Under the pieces are notes generated by a model. The model had not been told where the DNA came from, did not search any database, and saw only the letters and a list, made by a program, of their open reading frames with translations. Both the position numbers and the translations under genes were made by a program. This document shows, piece by piece, positions 42,962 to 53,299 of a stretch of 64,000 nt of DNA (the stretch's first letter is position 1; every line of letters begins with the position of its first letter). Origin of the DNA: an uncultured delta proteobacterium (GTDB lineage: Bacteria; Myxococcota_A; Polyangia; Polyangiales; Polyangiaceae); contig CAWDXG010000004.1 of assembly GCA_963806225.1 (NCBI GenBank), positions 1,856,001 to 1,920,000 on the forward strand. The letters are read 5' to 3'.

Positions 42962-44064
42962 GCGAACACGACCTCCGCGAAGTCCGGGTCGAAGCGCTCC
43001 GACTCGAGCGTGTACTCGATGAGGCGAAGTACCCGGTCGCGTGCGTCCGCTTGGACAGCCGGATACCAGACAGGATTTGCCACCACCAGACCGCGCCACG
43101 CCAAGAACGGCGCCGCGACATCCAGCAACTCCTGATCGCCGCTCTCCTCGAGGTACACGCTCCAGAAGCGATGCCACAACGAGCCGAGGGCGCCCTTCCA
43201 GGCCCCCGGCGCCTCCACGGCGAAGAAGACGTAGTTTACCGCCATGCAGGTCACATCGTCCGCCGGATCGCCCCGGCAGCCGCGGGCCGCGTCGAGCAGG
43301 CTCAGCTTCGATGCGTCGTCGAAGAGCACGTTGAACGGGTGGAAGTCGCCGTGTGTGCGTGAAAGACGCCGGTCGCGGCTGCGGAGCCTATGGCGCCACT
43401 CGAGGCAGCGCCGTTCGATCGCCTCGAGCCGTTCGCGCGGTGCGGCGGGGACGTCGTCGGGGTAGCCGTCAACGATGCCGGCCACGCCCTCGCCACTTCC
43501 GACGAGATCACGCAGCGCGCGAACATATCGGTGATCGTCCTCGCGCTTTTCCGAATGCAGCTCGACGAGGTAGCGCGAGAGCTGCTCGGCGTGGTCCATG
43601 TCCGTAGGCTCGAGGCTGCCGCTGTGCGCGATCCGCCTGAGCTCGTCGGCGTACACGTGCCCTTCAGCGAAGCTGGTCAGCAGGTAGAATTCGCCGGTTC
43701 CAGTCAGCGAGACCAGCCCTTCGCCGTCCTTCTTGATCGCGCCGACATCGAGCGCCTCGACGTGCCGCGGGATCTGCCCGAACGTGTCGTAGCCGAGCAG
43801 CATCTCCGCGGCGCGATCGGCGCGGCGGTCATGGCCGAACACGTCCGGGCTCGCTGTGTGGAACACGAGCCGTCGCTCGCGGCCCCCGGCATCGCGCACG
43901 CGGAGCTTCAGCGGCGCGCCGTAGCCCGCCGCCTTCACGGTCGCTTCGTCCTCGCCCTCGTCAGTGGCAAAGGGCTCCACCTCGAGCAGCGTCGCCCCCG
44001 GCAACACCCGGGCCACGACGCCGGCCAGCGCCGGGGCAATGTTGGCAGCGAATTTCCTGGGCAA
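42958..44064 (-). CDS. Aminoglycoside-phosphotransferase-like (APH/choline kinase fold) protein
   Basis: GYG loop, HGDFHPFNVLF, LLD; AGGAG RBS before TTG 44064. Confidence 0.8.
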   Translation of the reverse strand: MPRKFAANIAPALAGVVARVLPGATLLEVEPFATDEGEDEATVKAAGYGAPLKLRVRDAGGRERRLVFHTASPDVFGHDRRADRAAEMLLGYDTFGQIPRHVEALDVGAIKKDGEGLVSLTGTGEFYLLTSFAEGHVYADELRRIAHSGSLEPTDMDHAEQLSRYLVELHSEKREDDHRYVRALRDLVGSGEGVAGIVDGYPDDVPAAPRERLEAIERRCLEWRHRLRSRDRRLSRTHGDFHPFNVLFDDASKLSLLDAARGCRGDPADDVTCMAVNYVFFAVEAPGAWKGALGSLWHRFWSVYLEESGDQELLDVAAPFLAWRGLVVANPVWYPAVQADARDRVLRLIEYTLESERFDPDFAEVVFA

Positions 44065-44086
44065 GGCAGCTCCTTTCCGTGCGGCG

Positions 44087-44103
44087 TGCACGCTCCACGC
44101 CAA
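44087..44103 (-). promoter_or_regulatory. sigma54 promoter of the APH-CysC-acetyl-CoA hydrolase operon
   Basis: Minus strand TTGGCGTGGAGCGTGCA: GG-N10-GC. Confidence 0.5.
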
Positions 44104-44141
44104 GATAGGGATGGGTTTGCCGGGCGCCCCCCGGCAGCGAG

Positions 44142-44157
44142 CGGCACCCGTCTTGCA
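44142..44157 (+). promoter_or_regulatory. sigma54 promoter of the CBS gene
   Basis: CGGCACCCGTCTTGCA: GG-N10-GC with TTGC, 14 bp before ATG 44171. Confidence 0.6.
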
Positions 44158-44170
44158 CGCTGATTTCCGC

Positions 44171-44575
44171 ATGACCACGCGCGTCACCATCGACGACTAC
44201 ATGTCCAGAAGCCCCCACTCGATAGGCCAGGAGCAGTCGCTCGTCGTGGCCCACGAGTTGATGCGCAAACACGCTGTCCGGCACCTGCCGGTGCTGCACG
44301 GCGGCCAGCTCGTCGGCTTGCTGTCGCTCAGGGACCTTCATCTGGTCGAGACCCTGCCGGATGTCGATCCAGCCAAGGTGACGGTGGAAGAAGCCATGAG
44401 TGGGGATCCTTTCGCCGTCCCGCCCGGAAGCGGTCTCGCCGAGGTCGCCGAGCAGATGGCCGAGCACAAGTACGGCTCGGCTGTGGTGATGGAAGGCACG
44501 AGGATCATAGGGGTCTTCACCACGGTGGACGGCATGCGCGCGCTGGCGCATCTGCTGCGGTCGCCCCCGCCGTGA
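44171..44575 (+). CDS. CBS domain protein (AcuB-like)
   Basis: YMSRSPHSI..VRHLPVL..GLLSLRDL; VEEAM..GVFTTVDG. Confidence 0.85.
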   Translation: MTTRVTIDDYMSRSPHSIGQEQSLVVAHELMRKHAVRHLPVLHGGQLVGLLSLRDLHLVETLPDVDPAKVTVEEAMSGDPFAVPPGSGLAEVAEQMAEHKYGSAVVMEGTRIIGVFTTVDGMRALAHLLRSPPP

Positions 44576-44888
44576 TCTTCCTCGAGGGGCTCACGCCCCT
44601 CGAGCACCCCGACGCGATTCGTCCTGCTCATCGTGTCGCTCGCCGACCGCTGCGGGCTTTCGCGCACGAACTGCGCATTGGGCGGATGCTACGCGCAGGA
44701 ACGGCTACCCCTGCGGACCCTGGAGATCCTGACATCCTACTGACAAAGTCGCCTCGTCAGAACGCTTTCCATGGCTCCGAACGTCGACCCGGACTGCAAG
44801 CTGCGGCTGCCCGCGACGTTTTCCTGGATGCGGCGGTCACAATCCGCGGGCTCGGAGCCACATGGGATCGGACGGGAAGGAGCAGTCG

Positions 44889-45479
44889 ATGGATGCGGGC
44901 GGCGCCAGACAACTGGACGGACAGGAGTCGGAGGGAGCCGTCGCCTTGAGCCCGGAGGACGCCGAGATCGCGGCGGCCATCGGGCGCGGCGACCACCGTG
45001 GAGCGCTCGCGCTGTGCGCGCGGCATCACGCTGCGGCCGTCGGCCGGCTTTGCATGGCAATGGTCGGCTCGCAGGCGGAGGCTGAAGATCTCGCACAGGA
45101 GACACTGCTGGCCGCCCACGACGGCTTCGAAGGTTGGCGCGCCGACGGCTCGGTGCGGGCGTGGCTTTCGGCCATCGCGCGCCGCAAGTGCGCGCGGCAC
45201 CTGGAGCGCAGCCGCCGCCAGCAGAACCGGCTCAGGCTGGTGCACGACGCGGCGCGCGCGGGCACCGAGGATCATGTGCTGCTCAAGCAGCGCGCCGAAC
45301 GCGCCCGCGCCGCGCTGTCGCACATCCGTCCGAGCGAACGCGAGGCGCTGCTGCTCAGGTACGTCGCGGAGCTGAGCTTCCGCGAGCTGGCCAGCGCCTG
45401 CGGCATCGAGGAAGCGGCAGCGCGCAAGCGCGTGTCGCGTGCGATCGCGCGGCTGCGCGAGATCGCGGTGAAGGAGTAG
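44889..45479 (+). CDS. ECF sigma-70 factor
   Basis: Region 2 AEDLAQETLL..WLSAIARR; region 4 REALLLRY..SFRELA..ARKRVSRA; GAAGGAG RBS. Confidence 0.85.
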   Translation: MDAGGARQLDGQESEGAVALSPEDAEIAAAIGRGDHRGALALCARHHAAAVGRLCMAMVGSQAEAEDLAQETLLAAHDGFEGWRADGSVRAWLSAIARRKCARHLERSRRQQNRLRLVHDAARAGTEDHVLLKQRAERARAALSHIRPSEREALLLRYVAELSFRELASACGIEEAAARKRVSRAIARLREIAVKE

Positions 45480-45483
45480 AGCG

Positions 45484-48400
45484 ATGACCGACGAACTGAA
45501 GGTCGAGTGCACGGAGATCGAGGAACGCATGGCGGAGGTGCTGGACGGCAGCGCGCCCGAGGCGCTGTACGACCACATCGCCGATTGCGACGCCTGCCGC
45601 GACGCGCGCCACGAGGCCGAGCTCGGCGGAGCGCTCGCCAGCGACGCCGGCGCCGACTACCAGCCGCCAGAAGACATGGAGAGCCGGGCGCTCGCCGCGC
45701 TGGACGCGCGCGGCGGCGCGGAGCCCCGCGCGACCGGGACCGCGACCGGGTCCGGATCCGGGACCGCGACCGGGTCCGGGACCGCAACCGGGTCCGGGAC
45801 CGCGACCGGGTCCGGGACCGGGACCGAATCCGGACCCGCGACCGCGGACGCCCACGCGACACTCCCCTCCGTGGAGGAGCCCGAGCCCTCCACCGGCACG
45901 GCCGCCGCAAAGAGCGCCGACAAGCCGGCGAAGACCGAGCCGATGCCGGCGACCGCCAGCGCGCAGAAAGCCGGATATCAGCCGCGGACGAAGGCCCTGA
46001 TCGCCGGGGGCGCCACCGTGCTGGCCCTCGCCGCCGGCATCGCGCTGCTCGTCGGCAGGGGCCACAAGGGCTGGAGCACGAGCGGCCAGGCCTGGCGCGG
46101 CAGCGTCGAGCACGTCGCCCGCGCCGCGCAGGGCAAGGGCGGGCTCGAGCTCTGCGATCCCGACGGCAGGTCGTGCGCGCCGGTCGCGGGAGGCGGCGCG
46201 GTGCCGGCAGGCTCGCTGCTCAGGACGGATGCGCACACGCGCGCATACGTGAAGCTCGCCGACGGCACACAGATCGCATTGGATCGTTCGACGCGGCTCG
46301 CCCTGGTCGGCGGCGCCGGGCGCAGCGCCCGCCTCGAGCAAGGCGCGATCGTCGCCGACGTGGCGCACATCGAGGGACAGACCGCGAGCTTCGCGGTGCC
46401 GCACGGCAGCGTGCGCGTGCTCGGCACCAAGTTCTCGCTGCGCGCCGACAACCGTTCGTCGTCGGTGGACGTGAGCCGCGGAACCGTCGAGCTCTCCGAC
46501 AGCGACGGCCACACGGTCAGCGTGCGCGCCGGTGAGCAAGGGCGGCTGTTCGAGAAGCTGCCGCCGTACGTGAGCGCCGCGCCGGGGATGGCCGAGGCGC
46601 TGGCATGGAGCGAGTCGGCGACGGCCGAGCCCGATCCGGAACAGGTCGAGGTCCGGGGCCTGGGCGAGCTCAGCGCTCGCAAGCCCGGCAGCGACAAGGA
46701 CCTGGATCACGCCGTCTCGCTCAGCTCGCACTCGGTGAAGGTGCGCATCGCAGGCAGCGTGGCGCGCACCGAGGTCGACGAGACCTTCACCAACAACACG
46801 AACAAGGTGCTGGAAGGCGTCTACCGCTTCCCGCTGCCGCCCGACGCGAAGATCGAACGGCTGGCACTGGAAGTGAACGGCAAGCTGGAGGAAGGCGCCT
46901 TCGTCGATCGCGATCGCGCCGCCGCCATCTGGCGCGGTGCGATCGTCAACGCAGCTCCGCAGATGCGCCAGCGCATCCACGACGAGATCGTATGGGTGCC
47001 CGGCCCCTGGCACGACCCGGCGCTGCTCGAGTGGCAGCGCGGCGGTCGCTTCGAGCTCAAGATCTATCCGATCCCGAAGAAGGGCTCGCGGCGCGTGGTG
47101 CTGGCCTACACGCAGGTGGTCAAGCCCACCGGCGGCGTCCGGCGCTACACCTATCCGCTCGCCTACGATCCCGGCGGCTCCACCCGCATCGGCCACTTCA
47201 AGCTCGACGTGGAGCTGCGCGGCAACGACGCGGGCTTCGGCGTGAGGGCGCGCGGCTACGAGCTTTCGCACTCGTCCCAGGGCGGCGTCGATCACCTGAC
47301 CATGAGCGCCGACAACTTCGTGCCGAGCGGCGATCTCGGCATCGAGTACGCGCTGCCCGACCGCGACAAGGAGCTCAGCGCCTGGGCGTACCAGCCGTCC
47401 GCATCCGACAAGGCAGCGAAGAAGGTCGACGCGAAGGACGACGACAGCGAAGCCGACGACGCCTCGCCCTACGTCGCCATCGCATTGCGCCCGCGCCTGC
47501 CGCGCGCGGCCTCCGGCGACCAGCCCCGCGTGCTGGCGTTCGTGGTGGACAGCAGCCGCTCGATGTTCGGCGAGCGCTACCGCCGCGCGACGGCGCTGAC
47601 CGCCCGCGTGGTGCGCGAGCTCGATCCGCGCGACCGCTTCACGGTGCTGGCCTGCGACACGACGTGCCGCGTGATGCCGGGTGGGCTGCGCGAGCCGAGC
47701 GCCCAGAGCGCGGGTGAAGCGCGGCGCTTCCTCGAGAGCGTCACGCCCGAGGGCGGCTCGGATCCGACGGCGGCAGTGAAGAGCGCGCGAAAGGCCACGA
47801 ACGACGCCAACGCCCGCGAGCTCAAGGTCGTGTACATCGGCGACGGCACGCCCACCGTGGGCGCCATCCGGCCGGCGTACATCACCGGCGAGGTAGAGGA
47901 CGCGCTGCCCGCGGGGCGAGGCAGCGTGACAGCCGTCGCCATCGGCGCCGACGCGGACAGCGACTCGCTCCAGGCGATGGCGCGGGCGGGCGGCGGCGTG
48001 GTGGTGCCGTACGCGCCCGGCCAGAGCACGGCCGAAGCCGCCTACGCGGTGCTCGGCGCGACCTACGGCGCCACACTCAGCGACGTGAAGGTGAAGCTCC
48101 CCGACGGGCTGGTGGCGGTCGCGCCGCGGAAGCTCGACACCATTCCGGCCGGCGGCGAGTCGTTCGTGGTAGCACGCATGACCAAGCCCCAGCTCAGCGG
48201 CAGCATCGAACTGACGGGCAAGGTCGGCAAGCAGCCGTTCGAGCAGCGCTACCCGCTGCACGTCTCGGCCAGCCGCGCCAAGGGCAACGCCTTCGTGCCG
48301 CGGCTCTACGCAGCGCTGCGCATCGGTGATCTGGAGCGCGCGAGCACGCCTTCGGCGAAGAAGGAAGCCATCCATCTGTCGAGCGAGTTCAACGTAGCCA

Positions 48401-49782
48401 GCCGCTACACCTCGCTTCTGGTGCTGGAGAGCAAGGCGATGTTCCGCGCATTCGGGCTGGACCAGAACCGCTCCACGGTCGAGTGGACCGGCGAAGACGA
48501 GGCCGAAGGGACGGCGTCGAGCGGCGAGATCGCCGACGACGGCGACGACGAGGCCAAGGACGACCTGATCGGTGGAGCTGCGGGGTTCAAGAAGAAGGGC
48601 GCGGGCAGCTTCGCCATGGGAGGCGCCGGCCTGGGACGTGCGGCCCCGTCGCATCACTCCGCACCGAAAGCCCGTCCGGCTGCCAAGCCCATGCCGACCA
48701 ATCCATTCGACAGCGCTTCGGGCAACACGACCGCTGCTCCGCCCGCAGTCGCCTCCGGCCCGCAGTCGGAGGCATTCGAGCCGACTCCGCGGCCGCGGGA
48801 CTGGGAGCGCCCGCGCCGCTGGATCCCCATGCGCCGCGTGTGGCAGCGCCACGGAAGCGTCACCACCGAGCGCATCACACCCAAGGCCGCGAGCATGACG
48901 GCCATCGCCGACGCCGAACGCGCCTTCGACAACAACAAGAACAGCCGCAACGCGGTCAAGAAGCTGTACACGCTCTACGAGCTGGCCGGGCAGGTCGATC
49001 GCGCTGGCAGCCTCGCCGAGCGCTGGTCGAAGAAGGATCCGCTCGATCCGGGGGCACTGACGGCGCGCGCTGACATGGCCGCCGAGCGCGGCGACCGCGC
49101 GCAGGCGATCCGCATCCTGGGCAGCGTGGTCGACATTCGTCCCGGCGACGTCGCCTCGCAGAAGCGTCTGGCGCGGCTCGAGCGCTGGGCGGGACATCCG
49201 GAGCTCGGTTGCCGCTTCTCGCTCGCTATCGCGCAGATCCACGACAAGAGCGCCAAGCTGCTGGCCGAGGCGGTGCGCTGCGGCCGCTCCGCGGGCGACA
49301 GCCGTATCGCCGACGCCATGCTCGCGGCCGCCGACGACGCGACGCAGAAATCCGCCCAGGCCCTGCTCGACAAGCCCGCACCCGACCTCGACAGGCTCCG
49401 CGGCGATCTGAAGCTGGAAGCGAGCTGGAGCGGCGATAGCGCCGATCTGGATCTCGCCCTGCTCCACCCGGACGGCGATCGCGTCTCCTGGCTCGGCGCG
49501 CCCACGCACTCCGTCATCACGGCGCGCGACGTGACCAGCACGCACGGCGAGGGGCTCGCCCTGCGCGGCGCCAAGCCCGGCGAGTACGTCATCGAGCTGA
49601 CGCGCGTGTCGGGCCGCGGTCCCGTGCACGGCCAGGTGGTGGTCACCGTCGCCGGTACGACGCGCACCCTGCCCTTCGTGCTCGACGGCGAGCGCAAATC
49701 CCTCGGCCTGGTCCGCATCGCCATGCGCTCGAAGCTCGTTCCACTGGGCAGCGGCTGGCGCGGACGCCGGCCGGCGTTCTAG
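45484..49782 (+). CDS. Anti-sigma Zn-finger + TM + FecR + VIT + VWA + TPR-like fusion protein (1432 aa)
   Basis: HIADCDAC (ZAS); TM; FecR (VRVLGTKF..VSRGTV); VIT (ARTEVDETFTN..EGVYRFPLP); VWA DSSRS..IGDG; SRYTSLLVLE; DLDLALLHPDG C-terminal domain. Confidence 0.85.
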   Translation: MTDELKVECTEIEERMAEVLDGSAPEALYDHIADCDACRDARHEAELGGALASDAGADYQPPEDMESRALAALDARGGAEPRATGTATGSGSGTATGSGTATGSGTATGSGTGTESGPATADAHATLPSVEEPEPSTGTAAAKSADKPAKTEPMPATASAQKAGYQPRTKALIAGGATVLALAAGIALLVGRGHKGWSTSGQAWRGSVEHVARAAQGKGGLELCDPDGRSCAPVAGGGAVPAGSLLRTDAHTRAYVKLADGTQIALDRSTRLALVGGAGRSARLEQGAIVADVAHIEGQTASFAVPHGSVRVLGTKFSLRADNRSSSVDVSRGTVELSDSDGHTVSVRAGEQGRLFEKLPPYVSAAPGMAEALAWSESATAEPDPEQVEVRGLGELSARKPGSDKDLDHAVSLSSHSVKVRIAGSVARTEVDETFTNNTNKVLEGVYRFPLPPDAKIERLALEVNGKLEEGAFVDRDRAAAIWRGAIVNAAPQMRQRIHDEIVWVPGPWHDPALLEWQRGGRFELKIYPIPKKGSRRVVLAYTQVVKPTGGVRRYTYPLAYDPGGSTRIGHFKLDVELRGNDAGFGVRARGYELSHSSQGGVDHLTMSADNFVPSGDLGIEYALPDRDKELSAWAYQPSASDKAAKKVDAKDDDSEADDASPYVAIALRPRLPRAASGDQPRVLAFVVDSSRSMFGERYRRATALTARVVRELDPRDRFTVLACDTTCRVMPGGLREPSAQSAGEARRFLESVTPEGGSDPTAAVKSARKATNDANARELKVVYIGDGTPTVGAIRPAYITGEVEDALPAGRGSVTAVAIGADADSDSLQAMARAGGGVVVPYAPGQSTAEAAYAVLGATYGATLSDVKVKLPDGLVAVAPRKLDTIPAGGESFVVARMTKPQLSGSIELTGKVGKQPFEQRYPLHVSASRAKGNAFVPRLYAALRIGDLERASTPSAKKEAIHLSSEFNVASRYTSLLVLESKAMFRAFGLDQNRSTVEWTGEDEAEGTASSGEIADDGDDEAKDDLIGGAAGFKKKGAGSFAMGGAGLGRAAPSHHSAPKARPAAKPMPTNPFDSASGNTTAAPPAVASGPQSEAFEPTPRPRDWERPRRWIPMRRVWQRHGSVTTERITPKAASMTAIADAERAFDNNKNSRNAVKKLYTLYELAGQVDRAGSLAERWSKKDPLDPGALTARADMAAERGDRAQAIRILGSVVDIRPGDVASQKRLARLERWAGHPELGCRFSLAIAQIHDKSAKLLAEAVRCGRSAGDSRIADAMLAAADDATQKSAQALLDKPAPDLDRLRGDLKLEASWSGDSADLDLALLHPDGDRVSWLGAPTHSVITARDVTSTHGEGLALRGAKPGEYVIELTRVSGRGPVHGQVVVTVAGTTRTLPFVLDGERKSLGLVRIAMRSKLVPLGSGWRGRRPAF
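45730..45846 (+). repeat. Imperfect 18-bp tandem repeats encoding a GTATGS linker
   Basis: GGGACCGCGACCGGGTCC repeated about 4-5 times. Confidence 0.75.
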
Positions 49783-49796
49783 TGCCCGGCTGCTGC

Positions 49797-50249
49797 TCAG
49801 GGCCCGAGGCGCTTCTCGAGCAGGTGCGCGTCCTGCCCTCGCGGGTAGTACTCGCGTATCGTCCGCACGATCCGGAAGCCCTCCTTCAGGAACAGGTCCA
49901 GCGCCGCCAGGTTCGCCTCCGCCGTGGCGAGCTCGATGCGCGCCACGGCGAGCGAGCGCGCCTCGGCCTCGACATGCCATAGCAGGCGGCGACCTATCCC
50001 GAGGCCGCGCGAAGCCGGCTCCACCGCGATGGCGTCGAGCCGAACGATGCGTTGGGAGCCGGGGCGCATCACGGCAAAGCCGAGTCGCGCGCCGCCGCGC
50101 ACGGCGAGCCAGGTGTGCGCATCCGGCTCATCGGACATGGAGACGGTATGCCGCGCCGAGCTCGGCGAGTACTCGGCGAACGCTTCGCTCGCGAGCGCGG
50201 CGATGAACGCCACGTCCGAGCGCTGACGGGTGCGGATATCAAGGTCCAA
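49797..50249 (-). CDS. GNAT family acetyltransferase (RimI-like; start uncertain)
   Basis: IAVEPASRGLGIG, N.AALDLF.KEGF..YYP.GQDA. Confidence 0.85.
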   Translation of the reverse strand: MDLDIRTRQRSDVAFIAALASEAFAEYSPSSARHTVSMSDEPDAHTWLAVRGGARLGFAVMRPGSQRIVRLDAIAVEPASRGLGIGRRLLWHVEAEARSLAVARIELATAEANLAALDLFLKEGFRIVRTIREYYPRGQDAHLLEKRLGP

Positions 50250-50479
50250 ATCCAGCAGCAAACCTGACGCTTCGCAGGGCGATCGGCAATGCACGGCCGG
50301 GTGCCCGGTCTTCCGCTCGATCCGTCAACCCCGCGGATCTGTTCGGGCATTCAGCGGAGGCCGGAGCGCGCGCGAATCGCCGCCGCGTCGCGGCCGGGCG
50401 GGGGCGGATACCACGGACGGTGCAGCGTGCCCCGGGCGATGATATCAGTTGCCGCGGTGCGGCCCGCCGAGCGTTCCCC

Positions 50480-51679
50480 ATGACCGGTACCCAGCTCCTC
50501 GTATTGGTCACGATCGCGCTGTTCGTGGCGGGGTTCGTCGAGGTCTTCCTGCATCGGCGCAACCTCGGTCGCATGCGCATCCGCGTGCACGTCAATGGCA
50601 CGCGCGGCAAGTCGAGCGTCACGCGGCTCATCGCCTCGGGCCTGCGCGAAGCGGGCATCGTCACCTGCGCCAAGACCACCGGCACGCTGGCCCGGATGAT
50701 CCTTCCGGACGGGCAGGAGCTGCCCATCTTCCGTCCGGCGGGGCCGAACATCATCGAACAGAAGCGCATCATCGCCACGGCTGCCGCCTACCAGGCGGAA
50801 GCGTTGATCGTGGAGTGCATGGCGCTGCAGCCCGAGCTGCAGGCACTCTGCGAGCTGAAGATGATCCGCGCCACTCACGGCGTCATCACCAATGCGCGCC
50901 CCGACCATCTCGACGTGATGGGCCCGGACGACCGGCACGTGGCGCTCGCGCTCAGCGGCATGACGCCGGTGAAGGGACGTCTGTACACGGCGGAGCAGGA
51001 GCAGCTCGACGTGCTGCGCGAGGCGGCGGAAGATCGCGGCACCGAGCTCATCGCGATCGGCAACGACGACGTGGCCTCTGTCACGGAGGAGATGCTCGCC
51101 GGGTTCGGCTACACCGAACACCCGGACAACGTCGCGCTGGCGCTGCGCGTCCTTGTCGACCTCGGCGTGGAGCGCGAGGTCGCGATCCGCGGCATGTGGA
51201 ACACTCCGCCCGACCCCGGCGCCCTGACCGAGCACCAGCTCGACTTCTTCGGGCGGCGGATCGTGTTCCTCAATGGGTTTGCAGCGAACGACCCGGTGTC
51301 GACGCAGCAGCTCTGGGACACGGCGACGGCCGAGCACCCCGACGTGGAACGCCGCATCGCCATCTTCAACTGCCGCGCGGATCGGCCCGACCGCTCGATG
51401 CAGCTCGGATCGGAATTTCCGCTGTGGTCGCCTGCAGATTTCGTGGTGCTGATGGGGACCGGCACGTACCTGTTTGCCCGCGCCGCGGCCAAGGCGGGCT
51501 ATGACGCCTCGAGACTGGTGGTGGTGGAGGACCTGCGCGTGGAAGAGATCTTCGAACGGCTGGTGAGCCTGGTCGAGTCGTCGGCGTTGATCATGGGGAT
51601 GGGCAACATCGGCGGACAGGGCCTGGATGTCGTCCGGTATTTCAAGAACCGCTCGGTGCTGGAGGAGGCCGCGTCATGA
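50480..51679 (+). CDS. pgsB: Poly-gamma-glutamate synthase PgsB/CapB
   Basis: RVHVNGTRGKSSVTRLI, KTTGT, NIIEQ, VECMALQPELQ, ITNARPDHLDVMG, FAANDP, NCRADR.DRS, GMGNIGG. Confidence 0.95.
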   Translation: MTGTQLLVLVTIALFVAGFVEVFLHRRNLGRMRIRVHVNGTRGKSSVTRLIASGLREAGIVTCAKTTGTLARMILPDGQELPIFRPAGPNIIEQKRIIATAAAYQAEALIVECMALQPELQALCELKMIRATHGVITNARPDHLDVMGPDDRHVALALSGMTPVKGRLYTAEQEQLDVLREAAEDRGTELIAIGNDDVASVTEEMLAGFGYTEHPDNVALALRVLVDLGVEREVAIRGMWNTPPDPGALTEHQLDFFGRRIVFLNGFAANDPVSTQQLWDTATAEHPDVERRIAIFNCRADRPDRSMQLGSEFPLWSPADFVVLMGTGTYLFARAAAKAGYDASRLVVVEDLRVEEIFERLVSLVESSALIMGMGNIGGQGLDVVRYFKNRSVLEEAAS

Positions 51680-52131
51680 TCGAGCTGTTGCCCCTGGCTG
51701 TCGGCATCGGTCTGGCGATCAGCCTGCTCTTCACCGAGATGTTCGGCATCGCGGCAGGCGGCATGATCGTGCCGGGCTACCTGGCTTTGAACCTCACGCG
51801 ACCGATCGACGTCGCGCTGACCATCGCGGCGGGATTCGTAACGTTCGCGATCGTGCACACGCTCTCGTCGTTCATGATCATCTACGGGCGCCGGCGGACG
51901 GTGCTGATGATCCTGGTCGGCTACCTGATCGGGGTGTTTCTGCGCTGGGCGACCGGAGGTATCCAGGTGGGCGGAACGGAGCTGACGGTCATCGGCTTCA
52001 TCATCCCGGGGCTCATCGCCATCTGGCTGGATCGTCAGGGAATCGTGGAAACGACCTCGGCGCTGGTGACGGCCGCCGTCGCGGTGCGGCTGATCCTGAT
52101 CGTGATCCTCGGAACGGAGCTTCCCGGATGA
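51676..52131 (+). CDS. pgsC: Poly-gamma-glutamate biosynthesis protein PgsC/CapC
   Basis: GGMIVPGYLAL, IYGRRR, IGFIIPGLIA; ATGA coupling to pgsB. Confidence 0.95.
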   Translation: MIELLPLAVGIGLAISLLFTEMFGIAAGGMIVPGYLALNLTRPIDVALTIAAGFVTFAIVHTLSSFMIIYGRRRTVLMILVGYLIGVFLRWATGGIQVGGTELTVIGFIIPGLIAIWLDRQGIVETTSALVTAAVAVRLILIVILGTELPG

Positions 52132-53274
52132 AGCGGGTCTACTGGCGTCCACCGGGAGTGTCGCGCGGCGCGCTAGCGCTGATCGCCGTCGTTGCCGTCG
52201 CCGCGCTGGTTGCGGTCGAGGCTTTCCCGGTCAAGCGCAAGCAGCACTACTACAGCGAGAAGATAGCCGCCGCCAAGCTGGCACTGCGCGCGTTTACCGA
52301 GATCAAGGCCGAGAAGGTCCGCCGCGGCATCCCCATCGACCCCGAGGGGGACCCGGGCAAGACGGGGCTCATCGGCCAGCCGCTGTCGACCGTGACCTCC
52401 AACACCGGCTACATCACCGCCAAGCGGACCAGCGTGAACCCGAACTTCGCTGCCGTGCTGGTCCAGCTGCTCAAGACCGCCAAGGTGAAGCAGGGCGATA
52501 TCGTCGCCGTGGGCGTGTCGGGTTCGTTCCCCGCTCTGAACGCCTGCACGTTCGCCGCGCTCCAGACGCTGAAGCTCCATCCGATCGTGATCGCCAGCGC
52601 GTCCGCCTCCGAGTGGGGCGCCAACAACCCCGAGCTGCTCTGGATCGACATGGAGCACCTGCTCGTGCGAAAAGCAGGTATTCGGCTTCCACTCGATTGC
52701 TGCGTCCCGCGGCGGCATCGATGACCGCGGCTTCGGCATGTCGAAGGAAGGCCGACGCATCATCGACGCGGCGATCGAGCGCAACCAGCTGGAGATGATC
52801 GAACCGCATTCGCTCGTCGACTCGATCGACAAGCGAATGCAGATCTACGACGCCGCCGCCGGCGAACGTCCGATCAAGGCCTACATCAACGTGGGCGGCG
52901 GCACGGCGTCGGTCGGCACACACGTGGGCAAGAAGGAGTTCCGGCGCGGGCTGAATCTGGAGCCGCCCCACAAGAGCGGGCTCGTCGATTCGGTGATGCT
53001 GCGCTTCTCCGAGCGCGACGTGCCGGTGATCCACCTCACTGGCATCGAGGGCATCGCGCGCAAGTACGGCCTGAGCATCGTGCCGGAGGGGATACCGCCC
53101 ATCGGCGAAGGCAACATCTTCGTCAAAGCCGAGTACAACCGTTGGTTGGCGGGCGGCGGGCTGCTCTTGATTTTCCTGGTGATGCTCGCGTTCATCCGGA
53201 TGGACGTGGGGCTGCGCATCCTGCGCGGTGGGCACAAAAAGCAGAACGCCACGCAGCCACAGCAAATGATCTGA
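52128..53274 (+). CDS. pgsW: Poly-gamma-glutamate system protein PgsW; +1 frameshift near 52670
   Basis: DP.KTGLIG..VTS..G...AKRTSVNPNFAA, SGSFPALN, ASEWGANNP, then GGIDD, YINVGGG, VPVIHL in the next frame; ATGA coupling to pgsC. Confidence 0.8.
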
Positions 53275-53299
53275 GCGCCCCGCCGCGCCGCGTTGCCGG

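Noticed and set aside
45355..49980. 1541-aa minus-strand ORF
   Set aside because: Antisense shadow of the VIT-VWA gene, as expected from high-GC codon bias; no recognisable motifs
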